A DNA stretch of 64,000 nucleotides. It comes from Tilletiaria anomala UBC 951 (taxonomy: Eukaryota). Both the position numbers and the translations under genes were made by a program. The notes below the pieces were generated by a model. The model was given only the letters and a program-made list of their open reading frames with translations, searched no databases and had not been told where the DNA came from. Shown here piece by piece: positions 61,385-64,000 of the stretch. The stretch is taken from contig NW_013547013.1 in the NCBI RefSeq assembly GCF_000711695.1, positions 186,001-250,000 on the forward strand. Reading direction: 5' to 3'. Numbering within the stretch: the first letter of the stretch is position 1; each line of letters opens with the position of its first letter.

Positions 61385-64000
61385 AGAAAGAGCTGCAAAA
61401 GGTTGAAGGATCTGGAAATGGATCAGAGCGATGTGGACTTTCTGTCCTGTACGCAAGGGATGTTTATATCATCATGGAAACAAATAACTGAAGCTCGACA
61501 ATTCGTGTATGGAAGGCTCTTGGACCCTCTTTGAAAAGCACGTCTCCCGAAGAAGTCTGTCATAAAACGCATTTGTGGGGGACCCATGGATTCCATCGAT
61601 CTCAAACGGTTGTTTATGGAGTACATGTGCTTTTTTTTCTTCAGATCAGCACTGAAAACAGGACGTGTGATGGTCAGCCGTTCGAGCATTCTCCACATGT
61701 AAAGCTCGCTTGCAAGGTGGGTTGGTACCTGTGGGTTCATACGTAACGCTTCGAGCGTTCGAATACAGAGGCCCATAGCAGCTTTCGAAGCAACAGGATG
61801 CAAGGTCCAAATTCCGAGCACCGTCGATCATGGGACTATGTTACGATGCACAAACTGAATGCAGTTGTCGAATCACGAAATTCTCGAGAGTCAAGACCCG
61901 AGAGACCAGATACCCGCGGCAAGATGTATATGGTAGAGCAAAGAACGAAGCGAGCTGCGCTATGAAAGCGATCTCTAAAATTAGAGTATACATTCGTCTA
62001 CAGTCATACGCTGCATTCGTCCCGGGGTCCAACGAGCAGCCTCGGGCAGCCGGCAGCCTGTCGCTGAGAGGTCGCTGGGCGTGGCCGCAGCCGGTTTGCA
62101 AGTGCAGCGAAGCTCGTTGGCAAGGCTCATCGGCTTCTCGCTCAAGTGTATGTTAAAAATGCCTGCTATGCTGGCGACCGCGTGCGAAATCTATTCCAAG
62201 AAGTCGGTTTCCTTTCCCCAAGAGGAAATTGACCAACCCTGTGAAGCCTGCTGCAAAATCGGAATGAACTGCGACTAACCCATGAATCAGAAATCAGGAA
62301 GTAGGAATGCTCTGAGATGACTCTCTCGAGGCATATGCATGTGTACTTTTGTCGGCTCATGACTAGCCCGTCCTTGGTTTGTCATCATTCTGGGTTCTGT
62401 ACATGCTGATCCAACTTAGCTTTGTGGCGCTCTCGAGGCTTGAGATCGCTTTGGTGTGGATTCAACCTAAACCAAAGTGGATCCGAAAGCGCACAAAGTG
62501 GTAAGAGTGGCACACTGCTGCGTCGCCAGTTGCAGTCATACAATTCTGGTGGTCTATTTGTATGCACCAGGTGCCACAAGCCAAGGAACCAACAAACACG
62601 TCGGAGGGTCCACCTCTGCGGCCTGGCTTGCCAAAATGTCCGAAACATGGGAAAGAATTTCTGTGTAGGTTCAGCGCTTCCACCGGCCACCTGTGTTAAT
62701 ATAGGCTGCATCGAATGTGTGCCATGCATTAGACGAGCTCCCCAGGCGCATGCGCCGACGGCCAGCAGAATGGTCGGCCCGCTGTTGGGAGTGCTGGCGC
62801 CCTGCATACGTATAGCTAGATGTATGTTGACAGAGTACAGGGTTCCACTTCGGGGGGGGGCTTCCTAGCTTTCGAAGGGGACCTTCCTGGACTTCGAGGC
62901 TTCCACTTCATTTCTGCATTCCCTCTGTGTGTCATCTTATTAATGTTGTTAACAAACTGAATCCTGCCTTGACCTCAGGCTTTTTGCCCATGAGCTCGCC
63001 TCTTGGTCCCTATCCTGGACACTGTATTAGTTATAAACTACGTCCAACCTTGTAGCCTTGGAGAGCAGGTTTGGTTCTCGAACAGTGGCTAGTTCGCTAC
63101 TCAGAACCGTCCGATTCCTGACAGGCGCACTCAATTAACTAGATTTACCGCAAGTGCCATGCCGACCAGTATGTATCAGGAGGTACAACGTCCACAAGAT
63201 TGTCTTCCATTGTGATTGCTTTCGGCAGGCGTCTCTCGGGGCCCTTTCGGCGGCGATGAAAGCGAGGTAATCATGCGACGATGGTCAGGATGGAATGAAG
63301 TGTTGCCCCGGCGGCTGACGCGTCCCACATGCGGCGCACGCCCACACGCTGCTCTAGTGCATTCATACTGCGCATTGCACAGGCCGACGGAGATTTCTGC
63401 GGCCCTGCTGCTGGTGCTCCAGTCTGCCAACCAGATCCAGATCCAGAGCCCAAAGCACATGTTCTTTACACTGGTCGCTTACATTGCTTCCTCTTTCTAA
63501 TATACGCTACTCTGCTATGCGTTCCATTCCATCTACATTCCAGGACGATTCCATTCATTCTGTCGCATCCGCAACGAGGCCTCACCAGGGTCTGTGCCCT
63601 CATCGCGTGTCCCTTGGCTGGCTAACTTGGCAGTCCTGAGCGACTGCCAGTGCAGGTCTAGAGCACGTTCTCCAACCTCGTTCACGCAGAGATCAGCAGC
63701 AGCCTGTATCAACTGGCCGCGTGACTTGTCCCTTTAAACGGGTAATTGATACGACGCGACTTTTGCGTCGCAATCATCCTGCTGTGTCTTCAATGCGAGG
63801 TTGAAGCGGGTGTTTCGAAGACTCGAGCCGCGCGAGGATTGCTACATCTATGGTAGCGCCTTCCGCCGCTCTGGAGCTCTGATCGGCAAAGACGTTTCCG
63901 ATGCGCTCTTCGTCTCATTGACGGCGTTGGTCACCTCTGATATCTGCAAGCGCTATCTTCAACATGCCGTATCACGTTTAGCTGCGGAACATCTATTGCT

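Noticed and set aside
61382..61533. Cryptic peroxisomal targeting of ACS by stop readthrough
   Set aside because: The stop context is TGA AGA rather than TGA CTA, and the in-frame extension ends in DPL, which is not a PTS1.

Overview
Gene-dense, intron-rich fungal DNA. Introns are short GT-AG types with frequent GTGCGT/GTGAGT donors and CTRAC branch sites. The gene content suggests a basidiomycete, probably Ustilaginomycotina, though that placement is inference. Intact genes, mostly in head-to-head pairs: CAND1 (5' part), a paladin-like triple PTP-like/phytase-domain protein, UTP6, RAB7/YPT7, a UPF0014 (FetB/STAR2/ALS3-like) membrane protein divergently paired with a stand-alone ABC ATPase (FetA/STAR1-like), a YML020W-like alpha/beta hydrolase, SEC20, TRM2, SPC19, a PHO84-like phosphate transporter, an SSH4/EAR1-like SPRY protein, MCR1, SHQ1, eIF1A, YIF1 and acetyl-CoA synthetase. 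Three features stand out. (1) A complete nitrate-assimilation cluster (nitrate reductase, nitrite reductase, NRT2; about 14.8-26.9 kb) has all three genes full length but disabled by stops, -1 frameshifts, broken splice sites, lost cofactor ligands and a repeat expansion, while flanking genes are clean. (2) A bacterial-style split ABC transporter is encoded as a divergent pair across a 373-bp intergenic region. (3) A hidden glutathione S-transferase pseudogene lies at about 55.9-57.0 kb. All calls come from manual translation and remembered family motifs; no database searches were run.
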